From assembly GCA_013265495.1 (NCBI GenBank), contig MU057984.1:62001-126000 (forward strand): a DNA stretch of 64,000 nt, given 5' to 3'. The position numbers and the translations under genes were made by a program. Numbering within the stretch: the first letter of the stretch is position 1; every line of letters starts with the position of its first letter. Under the pieces are notes generated by a model. It worked only from the letters and a program-made list of their open reading frames with translations, had not been told where the DNA came from and searched no databases. Positions 49,938 through 63,009 of the stretch are shown here, piece after piece. Source of the stretch: Vicugna vicugna. Lineage: Eukaryota.

Positions 49938-50506
49938 TGTCAGGGAGAAGGAAATCATCCTTTCCCCTTCTAGGTTCGTCTAGCTGGTCTAATAATTAAA
50001 TCGACATGAGACAGATTAGTAGGGGAAAATCAGACAAAAGCTTAATAGCATGTATGCATGCGAGAGACACAGGAGAACTGAGTAACTTGCCCGAATGACT
50101 GAAGCCCTCACCTTAAATAGGCATCCTCAGCCAAAGACAAAAGAGGATGTAGCCGCTGGGGAGTCAGTTATGGGAGGTGACCAGAAGCACAGTAAACAAT
50201 TGCTATGCAGATTTAAGTCATTGCCTTCTCTGCTGATAAGCCTTTCTAGGGATTAGAGTCATCCTCTTCCTGATACAGTGAAGGAGACACAACACTTAAA
50301 AAAAGGAGACTTTCCTTATCAATGTTAGTGTTTCTTACAAAAAGTTAACTCCCATTTGGTTATCTGAGTTTTTTCTATCTCTGCTGCTTTCTAAAAAATA
50401 ACCAGCTTAATTAATAATTCATGTGCTAGATCATTAATTATTATTAACAATAATTCATGTGCCAAAGAGACATAAATTTTGGGGTAGCAAATTCTGCTCC
50501 CCTACA
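49938..50506 (-). mobile_element. ERV1-class solo LTR (MER41/LTR39-like group)
   Basis: TG...CA termini with perfect 4-bp TSD gact (49934-49937 and 50507-50510); gccaaagagacataaattttggggtagcaaattctg end. Confidence 0.88.
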
Positions 50507-51144
50507 GACTCTAGTCTCTTGTTTTCAGAAGTGTGCATAGTTTCTGCCATTTATGTGCCTCAGATAATTTGTGAGGCTTAATGTATTAAGAACTTTTTAG
50601 ATGAATGCCCATTCGTAGTAGCACGTGTCTCTAAATAATTCTCTGTAGTACACATACATATTCATATGCATATACATTACAAGTAATACATATGCATTTA
50701 TGATTCAGTGCTCAGACAAAATTATAGAACACCCATGTGTGTCAAATAAAATGCCACTGATCATGGCTTATGAAATCTTATCCTAAACTCCTAACCTTTG
50801 CAATGTTCTAATAGTTATCACCTCTGGGACATAACTAATTTAGTCAGTGTTGTCTCACACCTCTCTGGTTATTTGTACTGGACATTGTGCTCTGCACATT
50901 TTATGATTAGCACAGAACAAGAAGTAAAAGGTCGAAAAAGCTCTGTCTTGAGATAAAGCCTGGCAGTTACAGTACTTTCTAAACACTGACCTGTTCCTGT
51001 TTAAAATGGGATTCTGGTTTCTTTTCTTCAAGTTTATTAAACTGGAGTGATGAAGAATGATTTTAGGGAATTTGTGAAGTGACAGCTATTTTTATCTATG
51101 ATCTATGAAGAAAAGTGAAAATATTAAATATGATACATTTTTAT

Positions 51145-51609
51145 GAGACAACTGACATAATGTGTAAGTTTGAGGTGGCACATGTTGATTTATACATTTA
51201 TACATTTATGTATTGTAATATGATTGCTACAGTTGCATTAGCTAACACCTTTAGCACATCACATAGTTATTTCTCTTTTCATTGAGAACAATCAAGATCT
51301 AGTTTCTTAGCAACTCTGAGGTTTGTAATACAGTATTGTTGGCTATAATCACCACGTTGTGCTTTTGATCTCCAGAATGTACGTATCTACTAGTTGCAAG
51401 TTTGTGCCCTGAAACATCTCCCCAATTTCCCCCTTCCTCTTCCCCAGCCCCTAGTAACTACCATTCTACTCTCTCTTTTTATAAGTCCAGTTTTTTTTTT
51501 TTACATTCCGCATACAAGTGCTATCATATAGTATTTATCTTTCTCTAACTTATCTCACTTAGTGTAATGCCCTCAAGGTGACAACATGGATGGACCCTGA
51601 GGCCTTACA
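51145..51609 (-). mobile_element. L1 3' end (L1MA9-like) with short 5' inversion
   Basis: Antisense L1 3' UTR to 51579, then sense gacaacatggatggaccctgaggccttaca; TSD atacatttttat / atactttttat. Confidence 0.85.
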
Positions 51610-51918
51610 ATACTTTTTATATTAAAAGAATCTGCTGTCAATTCAGATTGCTAATTAGTATATGAAAAGGTGCTCAACATCATTAGTCATCAGGAAATGC
51701 AAGTTCAAACTTCAATGAGGTATCTGTAGACCACCACCAGCATAGTTAAAATTAAAAAGACTGACAGTAACACAAGTTGGCAAAGATATAAAGTAGCTGG
51801 AACTCACCTTCATCAATGGTTGGAGGGTAAGTTGGTAAAACCAATCTGGAAAACTCTTTGATAGTAACTAGTAAAGCTAAAAAACAATACCATATGATCC
51901 ATCATTTCCATTCTTTGC

Positions 51919-53094
51919 TATCATCATATCACGATTTATAAAATATATAAATTTGGTCATGCAGCCATAAATAAAGAATATTGCCCACCATTCCAGTTCC
52001 ATAAGGATTAAATTATTAGCTACTACAGTCACTGATCTACAAATACATCCTGAAATGAATTTAGGATGACACACTCTGTGTTTTGGATAGGCCCCTAGCT
52101 AGTTAAAATGCACATCTAAGGAAGAATTTCAATGACCCCAGATTCTTGCATCTTCGCATACATAGATGCACTAAAATCATTAACTGAGATATCTGATCCC
52201 TGTGACTAGCAGTAACCTTTTATTAAGATGTATACTTGATTACCTGTATTTCTCAGCCAAAATAATTCATATATATATATATACATATATATATATAGCT
52301 CCTGACTGCTAGCCTACCTCTTTGGAGCAGTCCCTCAGAGCTATCTGGGAGGCTGTCTCCCAGGCTATAGTCTCAGTAAGACACTGAATAATCTCAACTC
52401 ACAGCTCCTATGGTGTGCTTTTTTTATTTTCAACTTGACACGATGACCAAAATTTATATTTGTCATATATATCCCAAATCCTTGGAATTTCCTGAGCAAT
52501 AAGAGCAATGGGATAATATTTGGACTCTTGTCTTTGGTTCCTAAGGCTGCTTCAGGGAGAGTGACTTTTAGATCCCACCCAAGGGTGGCGGCTCTCCACA
52601 GCCTTTCCCCATGCCTTGCCCTATGCATGGATATTCACCTGTATTCTTTATCATAGTCTTTTATAATAAATCAATAACCCTGTAAGTAGAATGTCTCTCA
52701 GTTCTGTGAGCTGTTCTAACAAATTAATCAAATCCAAAGAGGGGGTCATGAGAAAGTCTGATTTATAGCCAGTTGGTCAGAAGTCCAGGTGACAACCCGG
52801 AATTCCGATTGGCATGCTGAATTGGAGGGAGTCATTGGAGCCTCCAGTTTGTAGATGGTCTGTCAGAAGTACAGGTACGGTCTGCCACAAGCCCAAGCAC
52901 AGCTGGGCTTGTGACTGGTGTCTGAAGTGGAGGGTGGTCTTGTGGGACTGAGCCCTTTACCTGCAGAATCTGATTCTATCACTGGGTAGTGTCAGAATTG
53001 AGTTGAATTCTCGGACGCCCTGCTAGAGTATGAGAATTCCTTGGTGTGGGGAAGCATTCACACGCACACATTGGAATTGGGTCTGGGAACCTTA
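51919..53094 (+). mobile_element. MER21-like ERVL LTR
   Basis: aaatccttggaatttcctgag; ccttgccctatgcat; agttctgtgagctgttctaacaaattaatcaaa; cttgtgggactgagccctttacctg...gtgtcagaattgagttgaatt. Confidence 0.85.
51960..52440 (+). mobile_element. ERV1-type solo LTR nested in the MER21-like LTR
   Basis: tgcagccataaataaag...ctacctctttggagcagtccctcagagctatctgggaggctgtctcccaggctatagtc...ttgaca. Confidence 0.8.
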
Positions 53095-55459
53095 TTTAGC
53101 TATATATACAACAGAAATGTCTACACACGTGCACCAAATAACACAGACAGGAATGTTCTTGGCAGCTTTGTACATATATAACTGAAATCTGGGAACAACA
53201 CAAATAATAATAATAATAGTAATAATAATAGTAATAATAATACTGTGACATATTCATACAATGGGATATAACTCACAATGAAAAGAATAAACTACTGATA
53301 TATGCAAAAATGTGGATGAATCTTAGAGACAAAATATTATGTGAAAGAAAGCCAAACAGAAAAGAGGACAAACGATAAAACTCCATTTATATGAGGTTCA
53401 GAACAGCCAAAACTCTTTCGTAATGACAACATTTGCAATCGTAGTGACCTTATGGGAAGTACCAACTAGGAGAGAACACGAAGGAGCTCTCTGGAGAGCT
53501 GAATATGTTCAGTATCTTGATTTGGGTACTGGTATCATAGGCGGAAACGTAAAAATTCACTGAGCTTTATACTTGAGATTTGTTTACTTACTAAAATATT
53601 TTTAATAGAAATAAAATTGCATATCCAGTAGTGTAGAAAGGCCCCACTGAAGTGACACTTGGATTGGCAGATTTCCAAGTGTCCAACCTTGGTCCCAGAA
53701 GGACCTTATTTCTGGAGGTTCTATATGGGCAATAAGATTTAAATGCTGTGTTAAGAGCAAGTGATGCCCTGACGCAGATTTAGTATCATCTCTTTTCATT
53801 GTGATATGTCACTCATTCATATAACTGATTGTTTTCTAAAACACAGAAGTTAACAACTAAAAAACAGTTGTCAGCCTGAATCCCTGTATGTCAGTCAGCA
53901 CAATTTATACAGCTCCTTGTAAGCTACTGTTTAAGTAACTGTAAAGGTGTATTTATTCTTGAAGGACTGTGGTATAACTCAAAGAGAATAGCTTTGCTTA
54001 ATAAAATATTTATCTTTTGGGGATTTATACAGATAAATATCTTATTTCATAATTTTTTCATGTATCTCTCATTTTCAGATATATCATTTTTTCAAAGAAT
54101 GATAAATATGCAGACCTGGAAGAAAGGTATAGCCCCCTATTTCCAAACCATAGTCTGGATGGGACTACTTTCCACCAAGCTGGACTATTGTATAAAGGTA
54201 CACAAGGCAGGAAAAGTGCTCTAGCACAGGAAATTCAGGCCACAAAGACATCTGCTGAGGCACTGACTTTTGCTTTTGCTAAAGTTTTGCACAGTCCTCT
54301 GTCATAGTTGCCCTAGATACAAAATCACATGGGGAATTCATTCCCAGGGATGAAGCTGAAGTCACAGGTTTTGTCCTCGGAAATCTCAGCTTTCTTTTTC
54401 AGCACTGCCTTTCTGATCTTTGAAATGGAGCAAACCCTCATACTCTGGAGCTGATTTTTACACCAGAGGACATACTTAAAGATCATTTTTCTTTTGGGGA
54501 GTGTCTGTTTTTTAAATAGTAACCTTGACATATTATTAAATGTGTCACCTCTCCCAATTAAAATATCTTTTTACAAGCCAGCTGCCACTCTCAGCATGGC
54601 ATTGGCTGAAACAAGGAGGAGTTTGGAAGACTTTTCACGTCAGTGGAAGTGGTAGAGTCAGAAAATAAATTGAATTCCTTTTAGATGAATCTTTTATGGA
54701 TCAGCAGATTTATTCAGAGTTACTTAAAAAGCAGTTAACATTCCGTTAGCAACAAACTGTGATCTGTGTCAGCAATGAGACACTCCAGTCATTTATTTTA
54801 GTGCAAGAAGTCACCTCAGAAAAATATGTAATTATTGAATCTTTAAAAGGCAAATTAATACTGAGGCAAAACTAGGTCATTTTTCTTATGGAATTATGGA
54901 CATTATGCTTGATTCTCTGCTTCAGTTAATCAAAGCATTTGTTTTATTTTCGTAAGTTTACAGTAAGGGAAGATAAAATAAATTTTTTAAAGGAACAGTA
55001 AAGTTAACATATTTTCACAAAGTTCATAGCAATGATCTCAGTAACAAATGCTTGGTGCTAATGTACAAAGGGGATGAGAGATGCTATTTCGGGTTTCCTA
55101 AGCCTGTGTCGTGAGGTGGGGCACCAGTAGACATGAAGAGAAGCTTGGCCTCAAATGCTGGGAAATCTTGGAGAGGCCAGCGTTCAGAGGCTGATTAATT
55201 CAGAGTGCCCTTCACTTTAACTGCACTGGGCTTAACTTCAAGCCCCTACACTTTAGAAGTTCTTTTGGTGTTAACAAGACAGGAGCAGATAGCAGAAAAA
55301 CACCCAAAGGGTCTATGAGTCATGCTGAAAGCTGGTTTCTCATAGAGTAGAGGGCCCCTTTTGACTTTTGAAATAAATGGATGACAAGGATGCTGGAGGA
55401 AACTGAAAGCATTCATGTTATTTTTTTCTCTGAGTTAATTAAATTAATATGAAGCTAAA

Positions 55460-58085
55460 CCTCGTCTTCTGGGAAGCTGGAGTAGATGTATTTATTCCTT
55501 TTCCTCTCAATGAGTACAACTAAAATGTGTATATATATATATACATAACTACATATATAATAGTTATATATATAACTCTGAAAGATGGAGAGGAGGCAGA
55601 TAGGCTAAGGATAACCTTGGAACTCAAGGAATAATGTGTCAGTGAGTTCCCAAGGAAAGCTTGCTCTTTCAGAGAAAGGACTCAGAAAAGGTCAGCCTAG
55701 CAGACAGAAAACTTAAACAATAACTTCTCTACTCCAGCCAAATACTACGGAAAAAAACTGTAGCCTTACACTCACCCTCACCAGTAAAGGCCAAATGGGG
55801 GCCTAGACTTTCACACTCACACTTGGCAGGTTGTAAGGAAGAATCACAGTCCCCCACAGGAGTGGTGTCAGTGAAGGCTGAGTAGGAAGCAGGACTTTAA
55901 TATTCATCCCTGCTAGGCGGTAATAAGGCTCTGCCCTCAGCACTGTCAGGGGAGACCACCTGCATGGAAAGCCTGGACATCTATCCACACCCTGCAGCAA
56001 CAGGATGCTCCTGCCCTCCCAACTGGGGTGGTAGAGAGGATTTTCACCACCTCTCACTCATGATGAGGACACCCTCCATGTGGTACTGTTAGAGGCCATG
56101 TGAGGAGCAGGAACCAGGTACTCCTAGCCTTCCCTGCCACAGAGGTAACAGGGGAAGCCAAGAGGAGAGCTGAAATTCTTCCCCACGCAGCAGTAATGAG
56201 AAGTCTCCCACCCTCTGAGTGTCAGTGGAGGCCAAGCGGGACAACCTCACTTGGCATAACAAGTCAGTGTCCCGCCTTCTGCTGGAGTGGTATCATATGA
56301 AACCAACTGTAACTGGAGGTTTAAACAAGATGCAGGATCTCATAATACCTCAAATTTACAAGTTACAACTAAAAATCCTTCTTCATATAAATAACCAGAA
56401 CGATTTTAATCTGAATGAAAAAATACAATTAATGCCAACATCAAGGTGCAGAAATGTTAGAATGATCTGACAAAAATTCCAAAGCAGCCATCTGCAACAA
56501 AAAATAAAAGCTTGAACAAGAATTATGAACATGTTTGAAACAACAGTATCAGCAAAGAAGTAGAAAGTCTCAGGGAAGAAATGGATAATATAAGGAAGAA
56601 CAAAATTTTAGAACTGGAAAAACACAGTAACTGAAATAAACCCATCAGATGAGCCCAACAGCACAATGGAAGGGATAGAAAAAAGGGTTAGTGAACAGAA
56701 GAATGATTCTAATTCTAATCTGAAAAACAGAGAAAAGGAGAATTAAAAAAAAAATGGAGTCTCAGGAATCTGTGAGATTATAACAAAAATCTAATATTCA
56801 TGCTGTGAGAGTCCCAGAAAGAGAGGAGAAAAAGGATACGGCTGAAAATGTACTTGAAGAAATAATGGAGGAAAACGTCCAAAATGTGGCAAAAGACGTG
56901 CATCTACAGCTTTTAAAAGTTGATAAAATTCCAAAGTGGATAAATCCAAAGATACCCATAACAACACACATCAGAGTCAAATTTCTGAAAAATGAAAAAG
57001 GAGGAAAAATCTTGAAAGCAGCTCAGAGAAATGACACCTTACCTACAGGGGAAAAACAATTAGAATAACAATTAATTTCTTATTAGAAATCATGGAGGCT
57101 AAAGGAAGTGACACTTTTTTTTAAGTGCTGAAAGTAAAGAACTGCCAATCTAGAATCCTATACCCCATGGAAATATTGTTCATGAAGGAGGCCCAGATAT
57201 ACTCACACAAAGGAAAATTAGTGGAATTTGTCACCTAGAGATCTACTCTAAAATAAAACTCAGAGGAATTTCTCTAAACAGAAAGAAAATTATAAAAGAA
57301 GGAATATTGGACCATAAGAAAGGAAAAAAGAATACAGTGAGCAAACAATATGGGTAAATGCAGAGACTTTTCTTCTCTTGATTTTTCTAACTTATGGTCA
57401 ATGTTGGAAGAAAAAATTATAACACTGTCTAATGTGGTTCTAGATATATGTAGAGGAAATGTTCTAAAATTATGTAATAAACAAGGAAGGGTAAAAGGAA
57501 GTAAGGATGTTACACTTCACTCAAACTAATGAAATGACATCAGTAGACTGATGTTATGAATATATAATGAGAAAGATGTCATAAAAATTTTATACAAAAA
57601 GGTACTCTTAAAAACACTTTAGATGAATCAAAATGGGATTTTAAAAAGGTACCAGTAACCCACAGCAAGATAAGATCATAAACAGAGAAACAAAAAATGG
57701 AGTGAAGAAAGACAAATTAAAAAATAAAATGATGAAAAGCAGGAAGAAGGTTAGCATTTTTTCTATTTGGAAAAAAACATGCTATATCATTACAGACCCT
57801 GTAGGCATCAGAAAGTAAATAAGGGAAAAATACAAAAATGTCTACATACATATATTTGTTAACACAGTTGGAAAGGACCTGCAGAAACTGGAACTTTTGT
57901 TTACTTTTGTTGCAAATGTAAAATGGTGCAGGTACTGTGGAAAACGGTTTGGAGGTTCCTCACAAAATTAATAATAGGATTACTGTAAGTTCCAGCAATT
58001 GCCACTGACCTGTACACTTAATGGTTAAAATGGTAAATTTTGTTATGTATACTTTACCACACAAACATAAAAATGTTAAAAATGA
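55460..58085 (+). mobile_element. Old L1 (L1M4/MD-type): 5' UTR, ORF1, inter-ORF region, then heavily deleted ORF2/3' end
   Basis: 5'-UTR-like start gggaagctggagtagatgt...gagtacaactaaaa; ORF 56805-57068 is ORF1p-like (VPEREEK..LEEIMEEN..KILKAA); terminal gtacacttaaatggttaaaatggtaaattttg. Confidence 0.85.
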
Positions 58086-58237
58086 AAAACAGCACTTGAC
58101 ACAGATATATAAATAAGGTACCACATAGTATTTATTTCTCTCTGTATCTGGTTATATACTTCACCTCCCTCACCCCAACTTGGTCTGACCTTGGTAAAAC
58201 ATGGAGGCCATCAACCTCCTATACCCCTTATTACATG

Positions 58238-58700
58238 TATCAGTATTCTTGTGCTTTCTCTGTAAACAGGTCCAGAAGGAAATCCATCTGGTAAACACAT
58301 TTAGAGTAAAGAATTAGTGCCTATAAGTTTAAGTGTAAAGGAGAAATCTGTCAGAAGGATTCAGGTGTAACACAAGGATAAGCATTATAGACAGACTTCC
58401 CCAGTGGAATGAACAAGCCACTGGAATACCATCAGTAAGCAAGACGTATCATAGCATCTCTAGTTTGTCCCCTTCTGTACATTTACCTTATTTCTCTATC
58501 TGAATTTGGGCCTTATTGATGTTTTGTCTGCTGCATACATTGTCATACCTCAGCTCCCCAAATTACCTAACTGAATAATTGAGACTGAAAGAACTCCCAT
58601 CCCAATGCCCAATCCCTAAAGAAAGACCCTGATGGCTTTCCAAGGTCAGTTTCATGCTTTTTCCCAACTGAGTGTGGATGTGGTAGGATGAATATGGATA
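58238..58700 (-). mobile_element. Old MaLR (MLT1K/L-like) LTR
   Basis: tgtatcag start; aaaggagaaatctgtcagaaggattcagg; aagaccctgatggc...aaggtcagt. Confidence 0.4.
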
Positions 58701-58868
58701 CTGAGGACTCAGATCTTGAGTTCAGTGCTATTTGTCTTTTTAGAGAGAGATGGTGTGCAACATGAAACTACTGGTAAGAGAGAACTAAAGGCATGAACAA
58801 AGCAGACAATGTTGGACGAATCCTTTCTTGGTGCCTTTCAAGTACCACTTGCCTAGACAGCCTATGCG

Positions 58869-59400
58869 TGTAGTGGGGATGCCCTCATCTCTCTGTTGTA
58901 TGGATGTCAGCAGTTGCTATATCAGCATTAGTGGATGGGAATGATCTATCAGTTCCTGTTAGTACCTCTCCCATACTCTTTGAACACTCACTGTCTACTG
59001 CATAACAACCCTGCTCCATTGCAAACTTCTGCCTAAGGGCTTTCTTTCATGTATGTGTGAATCAATGCCCTTAGAAAGTAAATGCTCCTAGGGAGCAACC
59101 CTTAGCAGTGACAAATGAGAACTCGAGGATAAATATGGGCCCAACTTAGCTCTGAGAAAGGCGGCGGGGGGTAACTCTGAGGCATGTTCCATTTTGGGTT
59201 CCAGAGATCCCGAGGAGTGAGCCCCATTTGGACAGAGAACAAATCTGGTAACTCACCCTTTTTTTTTTCCGCTTCCTCCCCTTCCACATATCATCTCCCT
59301 TTCTCACTCCCCTAATGGTGCTTTCTCTGATCAACTCCCAAATAAACTAACTACCCTCAATACTATATAAAGACTTCTCTTCTAGACACAGCATAAGACA
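58869..59400 (+). mobile_element. LTR16-family solo LTR
   Basis: tgtagtggggatgcc...ggataaatatgggcccaacttagc...taactctgaggcatgttcc...ctcccaaataaacta...taagaca. Confidence 0.75.
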
Positions 59401-61039
59401 GGACATAGGACACAGATTGACAAATGGCCCATCTTCAGGGATGCAATGAGGGAGGGGAATGGGAGGTGCTGGTAATTAACAAAAGTAATTAGGCAGGAGC
59501 CATGAGAAAATTTCAGGTCTGATTTGGACCCGGCTGAGTCAGGGTGTAGATTATGACTAGGGCTTGAACACTAGAGGAAGATCTGACCTATGAAGGGAAG
59601 GAAAAAAGAATCATTGGAGATGAGGAGTCAATATCCTTAGATCATGGAGCAAGCTCAGTATCAGACAAGCTTAAGGAAGTCTTATCCCCTTGGACTCTAA
59701 GCAGATGGAAACACATAGGGAGCAGGGCCCTGCTGGCTACCTGGAGAAATGGGATTCATGTGGTCAGTGACCTGAGGTGTATTAGGGAACCTTCTCAGCT
59801 GTGATCCAGAGGAGTGAATTAATAATTCATTAATATAGTCTTAGTCCACTTGAATAATTAATTGCTAACCTGTCAATATAAAAATGCTGCCTTACAAATT
59901 AAACCATTGGCTAAGGTTTCACTTTAGTAAAGTGCTTCTTGTAAGAGACAGACATAATTTTAAAAAGAGAAGGCCTTCTTTTAAAACTCTATAAAACACA
60001 ATATTTTAAGGCTTAAAAATAGAGAGTACTTGAGAGTTTTACTCTGGAACATGTTAATTAATAAGCAAAGATATAAAGATCCAACAATCTGGTATGTATT
60101 CATTGAGAATATGCTAGCTCTGGCAGAAAAAAGCATAAAAAGTACTTATCTAATTCTAACATGTAGAGACCAAGGCCCTTTTCAGTGATGGTTGATGAGA
60201 CAGAACCAGTTGCAATATCCTTCACTAGTTGATTGAATTGTAAACTTTTACACAACACTTTTAAAAGCTAAGCATCTCCGGAAACAGAGAAAAAAAAACT
60301 TTAGTAACTGATAATAATCTATATAATTAAAACTCTAGAAACTCCATAGCTATTTCTACTTGAAAGTGATTGGATTTTCTTTATTAATTATATTTCCAAC
60401 ATTCTAATAAAATTTGTAGTTAAAAATTAACCCAGAGACATCAGTAAAAAGGCAGTTTCTGTTCCTTCTTTGACATATACCCTTTGGCTCTAAAAACTTA
60501 GCAATCATGTATACAACATAAAAATAAAGAATCAAAGAGACTTAGACAAGATAAACGTTTTCATAGACAAAAGACAATATAGAAAGCTGGAGTAGGTTAA
60601 TGGAGCTGATGGTCTATATTCCAAAGCAGGCAGTGGGAGATGAAGTTCATCTCCTTTGGGATAAGAAGGACTGAGGTCTTCTATGTGCAATGGAGAAATG
60701 GGGTAGGTCTCTCTGCTTAAATCCATGGGCTCTGATTCCTAAAATAGGGTGAAAAGATACAACTGCTGCCTGTGGCTACAATTTATATGGAGCTGCAGGC
60801 AATGTAAGCCAGAGCTGCCTGAGGCTCACTAATGAGTTCCTGTATCCTTCATATTTCTACCAGGGAAGAGGCCCCAGCCTGCATTATGAGAGCAGCTTTC
60901 TTATCTGAGGGCCCCAGGACATTCATGGAAGTAGCCTCATAACTTCTTGTCAGGAAGGAAGGAGCCCAGAGAGTGAAAGAAAGAGAAAACGATGCAAAGC
61001 AAAAAAAATATGTTCCTCTTAAATAAGCCTATGATCCAC

Positions 61040-61945
61040 CATCCTAAAATGCATGAAGAGATCTAATACTGAAAGACAACCAACAAGACAAACATCAGAA
61101 CAGGAGTTATCTCTTCATGATGTTAACTTTATGGAATATTTTGACAAATGCTTTATAGTAAGCACAGCTAGGATACTCAAAGAGAAAATCTTACTAAAGA
61201 ATAAACAAGAAAACATTAAACAAGAAGTTACATATACTTAAAAGATAAATATAAAAAACCTGAAATATGAAAAATAAAGACTATCATCAAAATAAACAAT
61301 AAAATCAATAGACAGGGTAAACTCTAAGCAGAACACCACTGAAGAGACTACTAGTGACTAGGAAGACAGCAGTGAACACTTCATCTACTGCAAAGCAAAG
61401 AGATAAAATATATGCACAAGCTGTTAATATTCCGACAAGATCTATTGAGACCCTTTACAATTAAGCTTCAGGCCCTAATCTCTTGGGATCTCTTTCCAGA
61501 ATATAGAGAATGCAGGCAAGACAGAAGGAATATTTGATAAGATATTAGCTGAGAATTTTGACACTGAAGAGAGATTAAGTATTCAAATTGGTAGCACACT
61601 TTGAGTACCAAGCAGAACAATAATTAATAATAATAACAACAACAACATAATTGACTCACTGCTAGCTACATATTAGAGAAATTTTCAGGAAATCAAGAAT
61701 AAAAAAATCGTAAAACCTGAAAAGAAAAGTTTACCTTTTAGGTAAACTTGATATACAACAGATTTCTCATTAACAAGAGAGGCCATAAAAGATGGGGTAA
61801 CAGCTTCAAAGTGATGAGGGGAAAAACAATTAGGAACCCAGAATTCTATGCCCAGAGAAAGTATAATTCGAAAGTAGGAGCAAAATGAAGATATTTCTAG
61901 AAACAAAAAGACTAAAGGGAAGTTGCCACAAACAAACCCTTACAA
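61040..61945 (+). mobile_element. Very old L1ME/HAL1 ORF1-like fragment
   Basis: aatatttgataagatattagctgagaatttt; caacagatttctcatt...cttcaaagtgatgagggg...cccagaattctatgcccag. Confidence 0.7.
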
Positions 61946-62339
61946 TACTGATTTTGGTTTGAACAAAGACCCTAAATGAATGACCTTTTGTTTTTCCTGA
62001 ATGTATGTTTCAACAATCTGTTTTCTCTACAAGGAGGCTGGATAGAACTCAAAACTTCCCCAGGCTTCTCATAGTCCCCTCTTAACCCTCTCCTTCCCAT
62101 GGTAAATATCCTGTTGTTTTGTAGGAACTATGCTTCGCTGTGTGGTTGGTTGGCTCATTGGGGATAAGACCCCTGATTGGTGTACCCCAACATCAGGAAC
62201 AGGATCTAGACACTCCTCTCTTTAACCAACTTCTCAGTTTACACCACTGCCTCTGCCCTTTGCTTGCTACTCCTTCAGTGTTTGTTTTTCACAGTCATAT
62301 CTATGGTCCTCTTCTCTTACTCAATATTTTGTCTTAACA

Positions 62340-62497
62340 TGTGATCATTAGAAACACCTAAACACATGTTAAAATGTAGATTCCTGCATTTAGCCCCAAA
62401 TAATGAATCAGAATGAAGGAGAGTCAACCTTGTAACTGCATTTTTAGCAATCAACTCTGATAGTTCTAATGTATATCAGCGTTTGAGAACCACTGCT
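62340..62497. mobile_element. MER5-type MITE
   Basis: tgttaaaatgtagattcctg...tgaatcagaat...gtttgagaaccactgct. Confidence 0.75.
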
Positions 62498-62559
62498 TTT
62501 ACAAGTTTTCTCTAAACATTATCATGCTTTGCTTTTGACTCATACCAATAAGGCAAAAA

Positions 62560-63000
62560 AATTATATCAGAATCAAACCCATATTCTAAGTTCCATATGA
62601 ATATATCCACCTGCTAAATGGGCCACTTCAATATAAATGTCCTTTATTTACCTAAAAGTAGTCCATCCAAATGTGAACCCATCTTCTCCTTACATACGTG
62701 GAAGACTCCAACTCCATCAACATCCCGGTCAAATGTAATGTTTTCTGTGAAGCCTTTTCTTACTCCCCAGCCAGGTTGCCACCTTCCCCTTTCTACGACA
62801 AGGTCTCAATCACAGCACTTTCCATATGGTCTGGAAACTACCTGCTTACACCTGTGTTCCCCACCAGTCATGGACCACTTGCAGAAAAGGTCTGGTCAGT
62901 GCTCCTTTGTTTTCATTTCTCTAGGTTGAGTACAGAATGTAGCTTGGAGTAGTACACAGCATCTGTTTGTTAAGTAAGGGCATAAACAAAGGAGTGAAAT
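62560..63000 (+). mobile_element. L2 3' region
   Basis: atatatccacctgcta; tcaaatgtaatgttttctgtgaagccttttc; ccccaccag...tcctttgttttcatttctctag. Confidence 0.7.
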
Positions 63001-63009
63001 GATAGATAC

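Larger units (their letters stand above)
51640..53600 (+). mobile_element. Old L1 3' region (51640-51918 and 53095-53600) split by LTR insertions
   Basis: atatgaaaaggtgctcaacatcattagtcatcagg...taccatatgatccatcatttccattc | tatatacaacagaaatg...gtgcacca...ttcactgagct; (AAT)n at ~53205-53241. Confidence 0.85.
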
